DNA of 64,000 bases, from positions 7,444 to 71,443 of IMG/VR virus record IMGVR_UViG_3300009545_000020. One strand, written 5' to 3'. Positions 46,291 through 55,956 of the stretch are shown here, piece by piece. This DNA comes from a virus. The notes beneath the pieces are model-generated. The model made no database searches and was not told where the DNA came from. It saw only the letters and a list, made by a program, of their open reading frames with translations. The first letter of the stretch is position 1; each line of letters starts with the position of its first letter. The position numbers and the translations under genes are program-made.

Positions 46291-47751
46291 ATGCTCGCTT
46301 CGATCAAACCCTTCCGGCATCAAGTCCTGTCCATCAAGCACAACGACAAGACGCCGATCGTGTACGACACGAGCGAGCCCGGCACGGGAAAGACATACGT
46401 CCGCATCGCGGCCTACGCGAAGCGCCAGAAGCGCCTCAAGCACAAGCTCCTCGTGCTCTGCACTCGCTCGACGATGCAAAGCGTCTGGGCCGCGGACTTC
46501 AAGAAGTTCGCCCCGCATCTGCGTGTGGTGATCGCTGACGCTGCACACCGCGAAGCTGCATTCGCAACTGATGCCGACGTGTACATCGCGAACCATGACG
46601 CGGTGAAGTGGCTGAGAGCGAAGAAGAAGGCGTTCTTCGCGAATTTCCGCGAACTCGCGGTCGACGAGTGCACAGCCTTCAAGCACCACACGAGCCAGCG
46701 CAGCAAGGCGATCGTGAAGATCCGGAAGCACTTCGAGTACGTGGCCCTGATGACCGGCACGCCGAACCCGAACGGCATCTGCGATGTGTGGCACCAGGTC
46801 AAGATCCTCGACAACGGCGAGCGCCTGGGTACCTCGTACTACGCCTTTCGCAACACGGTCTGTGCACCGACACAGAAGGGCAAGAACGAGAACGCCATCG
46901 AATGGACCGACAAGGAAGGCGCCGAGGAAGCTGTGTTCGGGCTGCTCACCGACATCGTGATCAGCCACAAGCGGGACAAGTGCCTGGATCTGCCCGAGAA
47001 CCACCAGTATTCGGTGCCCTACTTCCTCAGCGAGAAGCAGAAGAAAGCCTACGTCACGCTGCACGAAGACCAGATCATGCTGTTCGGCACCAGCAAGCCG
47101 CTGACCGCCAAGCAGAAGGTCGAGTTCGTCCGGGCCAAGATGCTCGGCACCCCGGCACCCACCGTGAAGATCTCCGCGGTGAATGCTGCTCAGGTGGCCA
47201 ACAAGCTGCTGCAGGTCTCCTCTGGCGCGGTCTACGAATCCGCCGGCAAGTACCACGTGATCGATCAGGCCCGGTACGAGTTCGTCATGGACCTCGCCGA
47301 GGAGAGCCCGCATAGCCTGGTGTTCTTCCTCTGGCAACACCAGCGAGATCTCCTGGAGCTGCAGGCGCAGACCCGCAAGCTGCGCTACTGCATCATGGAC
47401 GGCGAGACCAGCGACCGAGACCGCGCTGCGAACGTCATGGCCTACCAGGCTGGCAAGTTTGACATGATGTTCGCCCACCCGCTGGTCATGGCGCACGGGC
47501 ACACGTTGACCCGAGGCCGCCGGACAATCTGGTCGAGCCCGACATACAACCTGGAGTGGTTCAAACAAGGTTCGCTGCGCCAGAACCGGATTGGCCAGAA
47601 GCACAAGACCGAGAACATCGTCGTTGTCGCTGAGGGCACGATCGAAGAAGCCGTGTACTCCGAGATGCTCGCGAAGGATGCACGCATGACGAACCTTCTC
47701 GATTTATTCTCTTCTCTAACGTCTAATCACGATCTAAGGAAGGCGGCATGA
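46291..47751 (+). CDS. SNF2-family helicase (486 aa)
   Basis: EPGTGKT, VDEC, MTGTP, HGHTL and RQNRIGQ. Confidence 0.88.
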   Translation: MLASIKPFRHQVLSIKHNDKTPIVYDTSEPGTGKTYVRIAAYAKRQKRLKHKLLVLCTRSTMQSVWAADFKKFAPHLRVVIADAAHREAAFATDADVYIANHDAVKWLRAKKKAFFANFRELAVDECTAFKHHTSQRSKAIVKIRKHFEYVALMTGTPNPNGICDVWHQVKILDNGERLGTSYYAFRNTVCAPTQKGKNENAIEWTDKEGAEEAVFGLLTDIVISHKRDKCLDLPENHQYSVPYFLSEKQKKAYVTLHEDQIMLFGTSKPLTAKQKVEFVRAKMLGTPAPTVKISAVNAAQVANKLLQVSSGAVYESAGKYHVIDQARYEFVMDLAEESPHSLVFFLWQHQRDLLELQAQTRKLRYCIMDGETSDRDRAANVMAYQAGKFDMMFAHPLVMAHGHTLTRGRRTIWSSPTYNLEWFKQGSLRQNRIGQKHKTENIVVVAEGTIEEAVYSEMLAKDARMTNLLDLFSSLTSNHDLRKAA

Positions 47752-47897
47752 AGGAATTTATTTCGGCTATCGCGATTGCAGCTTGGATATTCGGTCTTGT
47801 CCTTGCCAAAGGATTCTGGTCGACGCTCATTGCATTAACTATCTTCCCATGGAGCTGGTACCTCGTCGCAGAATATTTGATTAAGAGGTTTTCGTGA
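47748..47897 (+). CDS. Small membrane protein (49 aa)
   Basis: MKEFISAIAIAAWIFGLVLAKGFWST...; coupled at both ends. Confidence 0.55.
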   Translation: MKEFISAIAIAAWIFGLVLAKGFWSTLIALTIFPWSWYLVAEYLIKRFS

Positions 47898-48328
47898 ATC
47901 GAAAGTACCGCGACATGGAGGACCGGCTTTTCTCGAACTCCTTCGCGATGGACTGCGGCTACGAGACTGAGTGCTGGGTGTGGATGGGCGCAAGCGATGG
48001 CAAAGGCGCATACCCGCGGATGTCGGTAGGAATCGACAAGACCAGAAAAGTCAAGAAGGCCAGCGCGCATCGAGTCTCGTACGAAACGTTCATCGGCCCG
48101 ATCCCCGCCGGCTTCGAACTCGATCACAAATGCCAGGTGACTCGGTGCATTCACCCGAATCATCTTCAACCACTACCTCCGCCGGATAACCGGCGACTCG
48201 TTCAAGCAAGGAAGAAGCATGCGAGTGTTCCTAATCTGCGTCACGATCCTCCTCGCCATGCGCATGACGATGGAGTTCGTGCTGATCATGAAGAACTCGA
48301 ACACGAACACGAGCTGCAGCACAGCTGA
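47894..48328 (+). CDS. HNH endonuclease
   Basis: CWVWMG, AHRVSY and LDHKC....CIHPNHL. Confidence 0.85.
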   Translation: MNRKYRDMEDRLFSNSFAMDCGYETECWVWMGASDGKGAYPRMSVGIDKTRKVKKASAHRVSYETFIGPIPAGFELDHKCQVTRCIHPNHLQPLPPPDNRRLVQARKKHASVPNLRHDPPRHAHDDGVRADHEELEHEHELQHS

Positions 48329-48337
48329 TCTGACGAC

Positions 48338-48730
48338 ATGAAATATCTGCTCCACACCGCTCCATTGCCAATCACGGTAATCTGCTACGCGAAGGTCGTG
48401 GCAATGCTCAGTGAACAGCCTTGTACCTACGCGCAGATGGTGGCGGAGATCGGCATGACACGCAGCACGATTGCCAAATTCATCGCAGCGTTGCGCAAGG
48501 AAGACTACTGCTACATCGCAGCATGGACCGCCAATGACAACGGCCGGCGCAACCTTGCGATGTTCCAGATGGGCTCCAAGCAAGACGCGAAACAACCGTC
48601 CTATACCGACGCCGAGAAGAAAGCGCGCTATCGCCGCCGAAACAAGGAACGGATCAAGGAGAAGGCGCGCGAGAAGTATCGACAGAGTACCTACAAGCAA
48701 CTGATGTCGATCGCGGAAGTACGAGCGTGA
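48338..48730 (+). CDS. HTH DNA-binding protein (130 aa)
   Basis: TYAQMVAEIGMTRSTIAKFIAALR. Confidence 0.55.
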   Translation: MKYLLHTAPLPITVICYAKVVAMLSEQPCTYAQMVAEIGMTRSTIAKFIAALRKEDYCYIAAWTANDNGRRNLAMFQMGSKQDAKQPSYTDAEKKARYRRRNKERIKEKAREKYRQSTYKQLMSIAEVRA

Positions 48731-49510
48731 ACCAGACGGAGATCCGCGAACTGGTGCGGTCGATCCTGACCGACGCCGGTTGCAAGTTCACGGTCAGGCA
48801 TGTCGACAGCTATCGGTTCGTCACCATCAGCAATGAGCATCACGAAGTGCTGCGAGGTGCTTCGCGAGATCTACGAGCCAGGGTGATCTTCGCTGATGAA
48901 GCCTACCGAGACACGCTGCCAAAGGTTCACCTTCGCAGTCTCGCGCGGCTACTGAAACTGCTCGACATCGCAGTCGCACGCGATGTCCGCAGAAAGATGT
49001 TGTCATGACCGACTACGAGAAGCTCACCGAACTTGAACGGCTGTACTCGCTGGGCAAAGGCGACTCTATTCCGATTAAGGATAGAACGACCGAATGCTGG
49101 ATCAGAGACTTGGCCCTCCGATACAAGCACTTCAGACTTCGCTGGTCATACAGAAACTACTGCATAGATGTCCACGTCGATCAGTACGGGCTCTGCTGCC
49201 TGATCTCCGCGCTGCAGAGAACGATCAACGAGAGAGTTGCGAAGAAGATTCTGTCATGAAGCTCAACCTTACGCTGTTGCAGAAGAAGTCAGAGTTAAGT
49301 GCGCTGATTTCAACGATCGACAAGCATGTCTACCTGACTGACGTGCAGTGTGAATGGGTCCGCGCATTGGCGCTTCATCACCATTTGTCTCCGGATGTTG
49401 TCTTCTTTGTGCATGGGATAGGACGAGCTTCAACTCATTGCCTCGGCCAACTCCTCGATAAAGTCGACAACGAAATCAATGAGCAAGTAGCAAGAAAGAT
49501 GCTCTCATAA
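48727..49510 (+). CDS. Array B: three coupled small ORFs (48727-49008, 49005-49259, 49256-49510)
   Basis: Tails DVRRKMLS, INERVAKKILS and INEQVARKMLS; the last two also share W(I/V)RxLAL. Confidence 0.75.
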
Positions 49511-51564
49511 TGGGCTGGTCATCTGCAATCAAGAAGGTTGAGCAAGCTCCCTTCCTCCGCCCTTCGTTCGAGAAGCATCGAGTCGATTGGGATCGCCTAG
49601 TCTCGGTTGACTTCGAGACGTACTTCGACGACGCCTACACGCTCAAGAAGCTGAGCACATCGGAGTACGTTCGCGACAAGCAGTTCTCAGCGCACATGGC
49701 CTACGTGAAGATCGGCAAGCGCAAGGCGCGGATCATCCCCGCCAAGATGCTCAAGACCTATCTGAAGGCTATCGATTGGTCGACGCACTCGCTCCTCGCT
49801 CACCACAACCAGTTCGACGGCTTCATCCTGTCGACGCACTTCGGCATCAAGCCGAAGTTCAACTACTGCACGCTCAGCATGGCGCGCGGGCTGCACAGCA
49901 ACGAGATCGGCGCTGGCCTCGACGAGGTCTCGCAGTTCTACGGTGGAGGCGGCAAGACCGAAGGCGTCATCGAGTTGATGAGAGGCGTGAAGGACCTCAC
50001 CACCGTCCCCGGCCTCTACGACAAGGCGGCCCACTACTGCATGAACGACGGCGAGGAGATGTACCGCGTCTTCAAGCTGATGATCGACGACATGCCGGCC
50101 GACGAGATCGAGCTGATCCATCGCACGTGCGTGATGTTCAACGAGCCGGTGCTGAAGCTAGACAGGGAAAGAGCCCTACAGGCACTCGCCCAGGAACTGC
50201 AGGACAAAGAGGATCTTCTCTTTTCCATTGCTGGTACACCGGCCCAGGTCAAGCGCCTCATCGCCGACGCTGAGCCCTCCAAGGCCCTGCTCAAGAAGAA
50301 CCCGAACGCCACGCCCAAGGATGCCGTGTTCGAGGCGGCCCGCAAGAAGCTCCGCAGCAGCGAGCAGTTCGCCGATCTCCTGCGCGCTGAGGGCATCGAG
50401 CCGCCACGGAAGATCTCACCAGCCTGGAAGAAGCTGCCCAAAGCCGAGCGCACGGACGACAAGAAGTATAGCTACGCCTTCGCCCAGACCGACCTGAGCT
50501 TCAAACGCCTCCTCGAACACCCCAGGAAGCGCGTGCGCCAGCTCGTGGAGGCTCGATTCGCGGTGATGAGCAACACGACAGAGACGCGCGCCGGCCGCAT
50601 GCTGAAGAGCGGGGAGCGCGGAGCATCCCTGCCGATCTACTACCGCTACGCCGCGGCGCACACACTGCGCTTCGGCGGCGGCGACAAGCGGAACTACCAG
50701 AATCTCGAACGCGGTGGCGAGCTGCGTAAGTCGATCCTCGCGCCGAAGGGCTTCCTCATCGCCGTCGGTGACTCGGGCCAAATCGAGGTACGGGTCACCG
50801 GGTACATGGCTGGCCAGGACGATCTGCTCGAAGACTTCCGCCTGGCCGACCAGGGCCTCGATCGCGACGTGTACTGCAAGTTCGGCGATGTGATCTATGG
50901 CCGCGAGATCAACAAGGTCGACGAGGACGAACGCTTCGTCAGCAAGGTCGGAGTGCTTTCGCTCGGGTACGGTGCGGGCCACCATCGGTTTCAATCGACC
51001 CTCGCGCTCGGCCAGATGGGGCCGCCGGTGTTCATCGACCTGGAGCTGGCGCAGAAGGTCGTCAATGCCTACCGCCGCAAGAACTGGAAGATCGTTCAGT
51101 GGTGGGGCAAGTGCGAGCAGATCCTCGAAGACATGGCGACCGGCCGCACAGGGACCCACAAGTGCATCAGCTGGGAGAAGGAGAAGATCTGGCTCCCGAA
51201 CGGCATGTGCATGAAGTTCCCGAACCTGCGCTGGAAGAAGAAAGACTCGGATGACGAGGACTCGCGCGACGGCTGGGTCTACACCCGCAAGGGCAACGAC
51301 ATCAAGATCTACGGCGCAATGCTCTGCGAGAACATCAGCCAGGCCCTCGCCCGGATCATCGTCACGACGCAGTTGCTCGACGTTGCCCGCCTCGGCTGGC
51401 GAGTCGTGATGACAACGCACGATGAAATCGCCCTCATCGCTCGGATCGCGAAGGCCAAGAAGGCGTACGACGAACTAATGATGAAGATGAAGATCGCCCC
51501 GCACTGGGCGCCGGACATTCCATTGAACTGCGACGGGAAGCTGGAGCCGTACTATGCAAAGTGA
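49510..51564 (+). CDS. polA: Family A DNA polymerase with 3'-5' exonuclease (684 aa)
   Basis: DFET, HHNQFD, YCMND, NYQNL, GDSGQIE, K...LSLGYG and THDE. Confidence 0.92.
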   Translation: MGWSSAIKKVEQAPFLRPSFEKHRVDWDRLVSVDFETYFDDAYTLKKLSTSEYVRDKQFSAHMAYVKIGKRKARIIPAKMLKTYLKAIDWSTHSLLAHHNQFDGFILSTHFGIKPKFNYCTLSMARGLHSNEIGAGLDEVSQFYGGGGKTEGVIELMRGVKDLTTVPGLYDKAAHYCMNDGEEMYRVFKLMIDDMPADEIELIHRTCVMFNEPVLKLDRERALQALAQELQDKEDLLFSIAGTPAQVKRLIADAEPSKALLKKNPNATPKDAVFEAARKKLRSSEQFADLLRAEGIEPPRKISPAWKKLPKAERTDDKKYSYAFAQTDLSFKRLLEHPRKRVRQLVEARFAVMSNTTETRAGRMLKSGERGASLPIYYRYAAAHTLRFGGGDKRNYQNLERGGELRKSILAPKGFLIAVGDSGQIEVRVTGYMAGQDDLLEDFRLADQGLDRDVYCKFGDVIYGREINKVDEDERFVSKVGVLSLGYGAGHHRFQSTLALGQMGPPVFIDLELAQKVVNAYRRKNWKIVQWWGKCEQILEDMATGRTGTHKCISWEKEKIWLPNGMCMKFPNLRWKKKDSDDEDSRDGWVYTRKGNDIKIYGAMLCENISQALARIIVTTQLLDVARLGWRVVMTTHDEIALIARIAKAKKAYDELMMKMKIAPHWAPDIPLNCDGKLEPYYAK

Positions 51565-53011
51565 TGAGCTGCCGGATCACCCGGCGAGGAAGTTGCCGGA
51601 GTTCCATTCACTGCGAGCGATCCGCTACGGGCACGATGGACCTGCTTTTTCGGTTGGTGCAAAAGCCGACTGTCCTGATGGGTATAGGGCTCGTTTTGGG
51701 AACTGGCTTCCCACTGCCCAGGAAGCGCTCGACGTGTTCCTTGCCGAGCACATCGAGAAGAAGTTGCTGGCATGAAGTACATCAGCAACGAAGTTCCGAA
51801 TCACCCTGCAAGAAAGCTCCCGCAGTTTCATTGCCTACTTCATCAACCCTGTCTAGCTGGAAACTTCCGAGTCAGTGTAGTCCGATCAATACCCTTCGAA
51901 CTGCATTGGCACCATACCGCGACAGAAGCACTGGATGAGTTCTTCGCGGCGTGCCTCGCTGAGAAGATGCTGCGATGAACTGTAAAGAACTCCCTGACCA
52001 CCCTGCGCGGCCACTCATGCGCACTAAGAACGTGTGTCTTCATGTGGACAAGACAGTCGTAAAGGCACCCTACGAAATCTTCGATTACGTAGGTCAGCGA
52101 GTGTTCTATGGAAACACTGCAAAAGAAGTTCTCGATGCGTTCTACAACAGCCACATTGAAAGAATGATGCTGCGATGATCTGCAATGAACTTCCTGACCA
52201 TCCGGCTAGAAAGATACCCGTGTTCAATCGACTAGAACTCAACAATTCTAGTACGACACTAGGCCCCAGATACTGCGTCATTCGGTCTAGCTACACTGAT
52301 TCCCGAATAGCGACTAGCGAAACCTGGAGTTACACGGCTGAGGAAGCACTCAATTGCTGCTTTCGAGATTACTTGAGCTGGAAGATGCTGCGATGAACTG
52401 CAAAGAACTCCCTGACCATCCGGCACGTCGTCTGAAGAACTTCCAAGAGATTGAAACAGCAGTGGGGTACGGCGACGGGGTAGATTTTTATCGGGTCTGG
52501 GGCCTAGATTCCTACTTCTGTGAGGCTGCAACCGCGCAAGAAGCACTCGATACCTTCTACAACGAACACATCGCGAAGAAGATGCTGTGATGAATTGTGA
52601 TGACCAACACCCCGATCACCCAGCACGGCAACTGCTCGGCTTCGGAGGGGTGTACAAATCCACCGCTCCAGGAACTCAAGACGAGCCGTTCTATATCTGG
52701 TCGACAAGATCGAATGGGGTGTTCTGGGGTGCGACACCAAAGGAAGCACTCGACGAGTTCTACAACGATTACATAGCGCAGAAGATGTTGGCATGAAGCG
52801 CGATGACTTACCCAATCACCCTGCGAGGATGGCCAACACTTTCGGTTCCCTCGTCTACCTCCCATTGACGAACCCAGAAGCACCGCGTTTCTTCATTTCG
52901 TTCGTTACTGACCCCAGTAGATACATCTCATCCGGCTTTTGGTCCTACACCGCCGAGGAAGCACTCGATGCCTTCTACCAAGACTACCTCGAACGAAAAC
53001 TCCTCGGATGA
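51554..53011 (+). CDS. Array C: seven coupled paralogs (51554-51775, 51772-51978, 51975-52178, 52175-52396, 52393-52590, 52587-52796, 52793-53011)
   Basis: All carry N-terminal P(D/N)HPAR and C-terminal T(A/P)xE(A/V)L(D/N)xF...(K/M)(M/L)L; ATGA overlaps. Confidence 0.9.
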
Positions 53012-53776
53012 GATCGTCGGAATTCATCCGGTGATCGAGCATCCTCAGTTCAGGTCGTTGATCAACATGGACGGGCATTTCCATGTGAGATTGAAGACCG
53101 GGGTCAATGACAAGTTCTACAGTCTCACCGCCAAAGGCGCGCTCGATCTCGCATGGAACGAACTCATTGCAAGGAAGATGATCGATGACTGATACCGAGA
53201 TTCTCGACTACCTCGACAAAGAAGCTATCTCAGGTCGCAATCCGCGCGACGTGATCATCGGCGATGTTCAATTTGTTGTCGGTATCAATCGCAAGACGAC
53301 ATTTCGAGAAGCGGTAATCGGCGGAATCGCCAAGGCCAACGAACTAAAGGTCGATCGAGTCAGAAAGAAGATACTGTCATGAACAAGGTCGAAAAAGAAG
53401 TACGTGCACACCCGTACTTCCAGTCGATCAAGAAACCAGATTCGACTGGATGCGTCTTCGTCGTGTATTGGAGAGATCCGTCTGACCTCGACCACAACAA
53501 AAAGCCGACGTTGAAAGCAGCTTGGAGTTACGACCGCAGTGCTGCTTTCGAAGAGGCTCAGCAGCAGATCCTGACTGCAATGGTGATGAGATGAGTGATG
53601 CCGAGAAGGCAGTCCGGGCGCATCCGTGGTTCAGGCGACTTGGAGAGAGCGATGGTCGGTACTTCGTGCTCTACAAAGACGCTGACTCTTTCCCGGCGAT
53701 CGTGTGGCACGCAGACAAAGACATAGCGTTTCAGATGGCTCTCGAAAACATCCTCAGACATCAACTCCGCCTATGA
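52968..53776 (+). CDS. Four further small ORFs (about 52968-53192, 53185-53382, 53379-53594, 53591-53776); diverged array members
   Basis: HP(Q/Y/W)F motif in three; tails TAKGALDLAWNELIARKMI and RVRKKILS. Confidence 0.65.
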
Positions 53777-54252
53777 CTCTTGCCCTTCATCCCCGAGTCC
53801 TGCCGACGTTCACCTCGTGGATCGTCTCACGCGGTGCTCAAGTCCTGGCTACGACGAACGAGTACGAGATGCTGCGGTTCAAGACCGACACGGGAACTGG
53901 CGTCGTGTACCGCAATAAGCACTTTCGTCTAAAGCTCGTCGGCGAAGCTCCCGTCGCCTTCGAAGCGTTCCGCAAGGGCCTGCCCTGGCGTGCGACGCCG
54001 GCTGTGCCCCGCGTACGACGCTCGGCAGACGAACAAACCTTGCGCCTACGCGACGGCGATCTGTGCTTCTTCTGCCAGAAGGATCTCGGTGACGACGCCA
54101 CGGTCGAGCACCTGGTTGCTCGAACCCACAGCGGACCGAATCACATCAGCAACAAGGTTCTGGCGCACAAGATCTGCAACGCCGACGTGGGCCACATGAG
54201 CGCGATGGAAAAGATCCGCATCCATACCCAGGCCCTATTGTCTAAGCTCTAA
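53773..54252 (+). CDS. HNH endonuclease domain protein (159 aa)
   Basis: RDGDLCFFC...TVEHL...N..LAH..CN. Confidence 0.8.
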   Translation: MTLALHPRVLPTFTSWIVSRGAQVLATTNEYEMLRFKTDTGTGVVYRNKHFRLKLVGEAPVAFEAFRKGLPWRATPAVPRVRRSADEQTLRLRDGDLCFFCQKDLGDDATVEHLVARTHSGPNHISNKVLAHKICNADVGHMSAMEKIRIHTQALLSKL

Positions 54253-54333
54253 GTTAGATGTTAGGATGTCATCCAACGAACCATGGGTGACCCGTACCAC
54301 GCCGATCTCGGCAAAACCACCCAAGGAAAGCAC

Positions 54334-54759
54334 ATGACCGTTGCCTCACCCACCAAAACCGCGGCCAAAAAGGCCGCCAAGGGCGCCACCGTCGGCTCGA
54401 TGATCGATGAGATGTGGCTGCTGCGCGAGCAGAAGCGCGCCCTCGAATCCGAGGTCAAGGTGATCGAGAAGAACATCGCCGCCCTGCAGGAACAACTCCT
54501 CGGCAAGATGGACGCCGAAGGCATCAAGGCCTCCACCGGCCGCGCCGCGAGTGCTTCGGTCACCGAGGTCATCACGGCGAACGTCGAGGACTGGGATGCG
54601 TTCTGGGCCTACATCGCCAAGAACAAGTACTTCCACCTCGTGCAGCGCCGCGCCAGCGACCCCGGCGCGCGCGAGCTGTGGGAGCAGGGCAAGAAGATCC
54701 CCGGCGTCGTGCCGTTCAAGAAGACCAACCTCAACCTCCGTTCGCTTTCCGCCGCCTGA
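54334..54759 (+). CDS. Conserved phage replication/recombination accessory protein (141 aa)
   Basis: Coiled coil followed by VEDWDAFWAYI...LVQRR...IPGV; AAGGA RBS. Confidence 0.65.
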   Translation: MTVASPTKTAAKKAAKGATVGSMIDEMWLLREQKRALESEVKVIEKNIAALQEQLLGKMDAEGIKASTGRAASASVTEVITANVEDWDAFWAYIAKNKYFHLVQRRASDPGARELWEQGKKIPGVVPFKKTNLNLRSLSAA

Positions 54760-54801
54760 GCCTCTAAGCTCTAACTACGATCTAAGAAAGGATCGACCAT
54801 C

Positions 54802-55605
54802 ATGGCAACTGCCAGCAAGCCCGCCGCCAAGAAGGCAGCACCCTCCCCCGCCGCCAAGAAGACCAGCACCGCGGTCGCAGTCAAGAAGCCGGGCGGCGCC
54901 GTCGTCGACATCGCCGCGATGCGCGAGGCCCTGCGTCAGCAGGCCGCCGGCATGGGCGACCGCACCCAACCGGGCAGCGGCCTGAAGATCAGCACGAAGG
55001 GCAAGCGGTTCACGCTACCCGACGGCACGAAGACCACCGACCCGCTCAGCCTGGTCATCCTCGACTTCATCGCGATCAACAAGTTCTACCAGGGCAAGTA
55101 CGACGCGGAGAACCCGGAAGCGCCCGCGTGCTTCGCGATCAGCGTCAACCCGAAGAACATGATCCCGAGCGCGAACTCGCCCGTTCGTCAGTCGGACGCC
55201 TGCAACGGGTGCCCGCTGAACGAGTTCAAGTCGGCCGACAACGGCAAGGGCAAGGCGTGCAAGAACGGCCGGATGCTGGCCGTGCTGTCGCCCGATGCCG
55301 ACGAGGACGACGACATCTGGTTGATCGAGGTCAGCCCGACCGGTCTGAAGGGCTTCGACAACTACGTCGCCGGCCTGGCCCGCATGGGTATGACGCCCAT
55401 GGAGATGATCACCACGGTGTCTCTCGACGAGGCGCAGGACTACCCGGTGCTGCAGTTCAGCAACCCGGTGCCCAACGAGAACCTGGCGGTGCACTTCGCG
55501 CGTCAGGAAGAAGCCAAGAAGCTGCTGGCGACCGAGCCCGATGTGTCGAGTTTCAAGAAGGCCGAGCCGCCGCCGGCCAAGAAGCAGGCCAACGCGCGCC
55601 GCTGA
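54802..55605 (+). CDS. Putative ssDNA-binding / annealing protein (267 aa)
   Basis: PACFA...CNGCPLNEFKS...GKACKN motif of phage SSB-like proteins found near polA. Confidence 0.6.
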   Translation: MATASKPAAKKAAPSPAAKKTSTAVAVKKPGGAVVDIAAMREALRQQAAGMGDRTQPGSGLKISTKGKRFTLPDGTKTTDPLSLVILDFIAINKFYQGKYDAENPEAPACFAISVNPKNMIPSANSPVRQSDACNGCPLNEFKSADNGKGKACKNGRMLAVLSPDADEDDDIWLIEVSPTGLKGFDNYVAGLARMGMTPMEMITTVSLDEAQDYPVLQFSNPVPNENLAVHFARQEEAKKLLATEPDVSSFKKAEPPPAKKQANARR

Positions 55606-55614
55606 TCAAGTTTC

Positions 55615-55688
55615 GGGGGCGCGGTTCGATTCCCGATCGCGCTCGGGTTTGACTCCCCGGCTGGTTGCCTTAATGGCGCGGCGCCCCC
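55615..55688 (+). ncRNA. Candidate tRNA-sized structured RNA with two T-loop motifs
   Basis: GGGGGCGC/GCGCCCCC closing stem enclosing GGTTCGATTCC and GGTTTGACTCC. Confidence 0.4.
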
Positions 55689-55716
55689 TCCCCCTTCCCA
55701 CCACGAGAGAGCCAAC

Positions 55717-55902
55717 ATGGCAACCACGAAGACCTTCAAACCCAAGACCAAGGTGAAGTACACGAAGCGCACGGGCGAGACCCGTGACGGCGTCATCAAG
55801 GAGATCGACGAGACCGGCAGCAAGGGTGCCTGGTACCACGTCGTCGACACCGAGACCAAGGCCGTCGCCAAGGTCCGCCAGGCCAACCTCGCGTTCGCCT
55901 GA
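55717..55902 (+). CDS. Small SH3/KOW-like basic protein (61 aa)
   Basis: Beta-rich Lys/Thr sequence followed by a GC hairpin at about 55910-55928. Confidence 0.6.
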   Translation: MATTKTFKPKTKVKYTKRTGETRDGVIKEIDETGSKGAWYHVVDTETKAVAKVRQANLAFA

Positions 55903-55956
55903 TCGAGCTGGGGCGCTGCGGCGCCCCTTCCTTCTGCCCCTTCACCTGAGACCAAC

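Noticed and set aside
49510-51564. Intein or intron in polA, terL or the helicases
   Set aside because: Protein lengths are normal, motifs are contiguous, and no intein splice motifs were seen; the HNH genes are free-standing.
51554-53011. CRISPR array
   Set aside because: The repeats are degenerate with synonymous variation, the period is about 200 bp, the units are full ORFs, and there is no cas operon.
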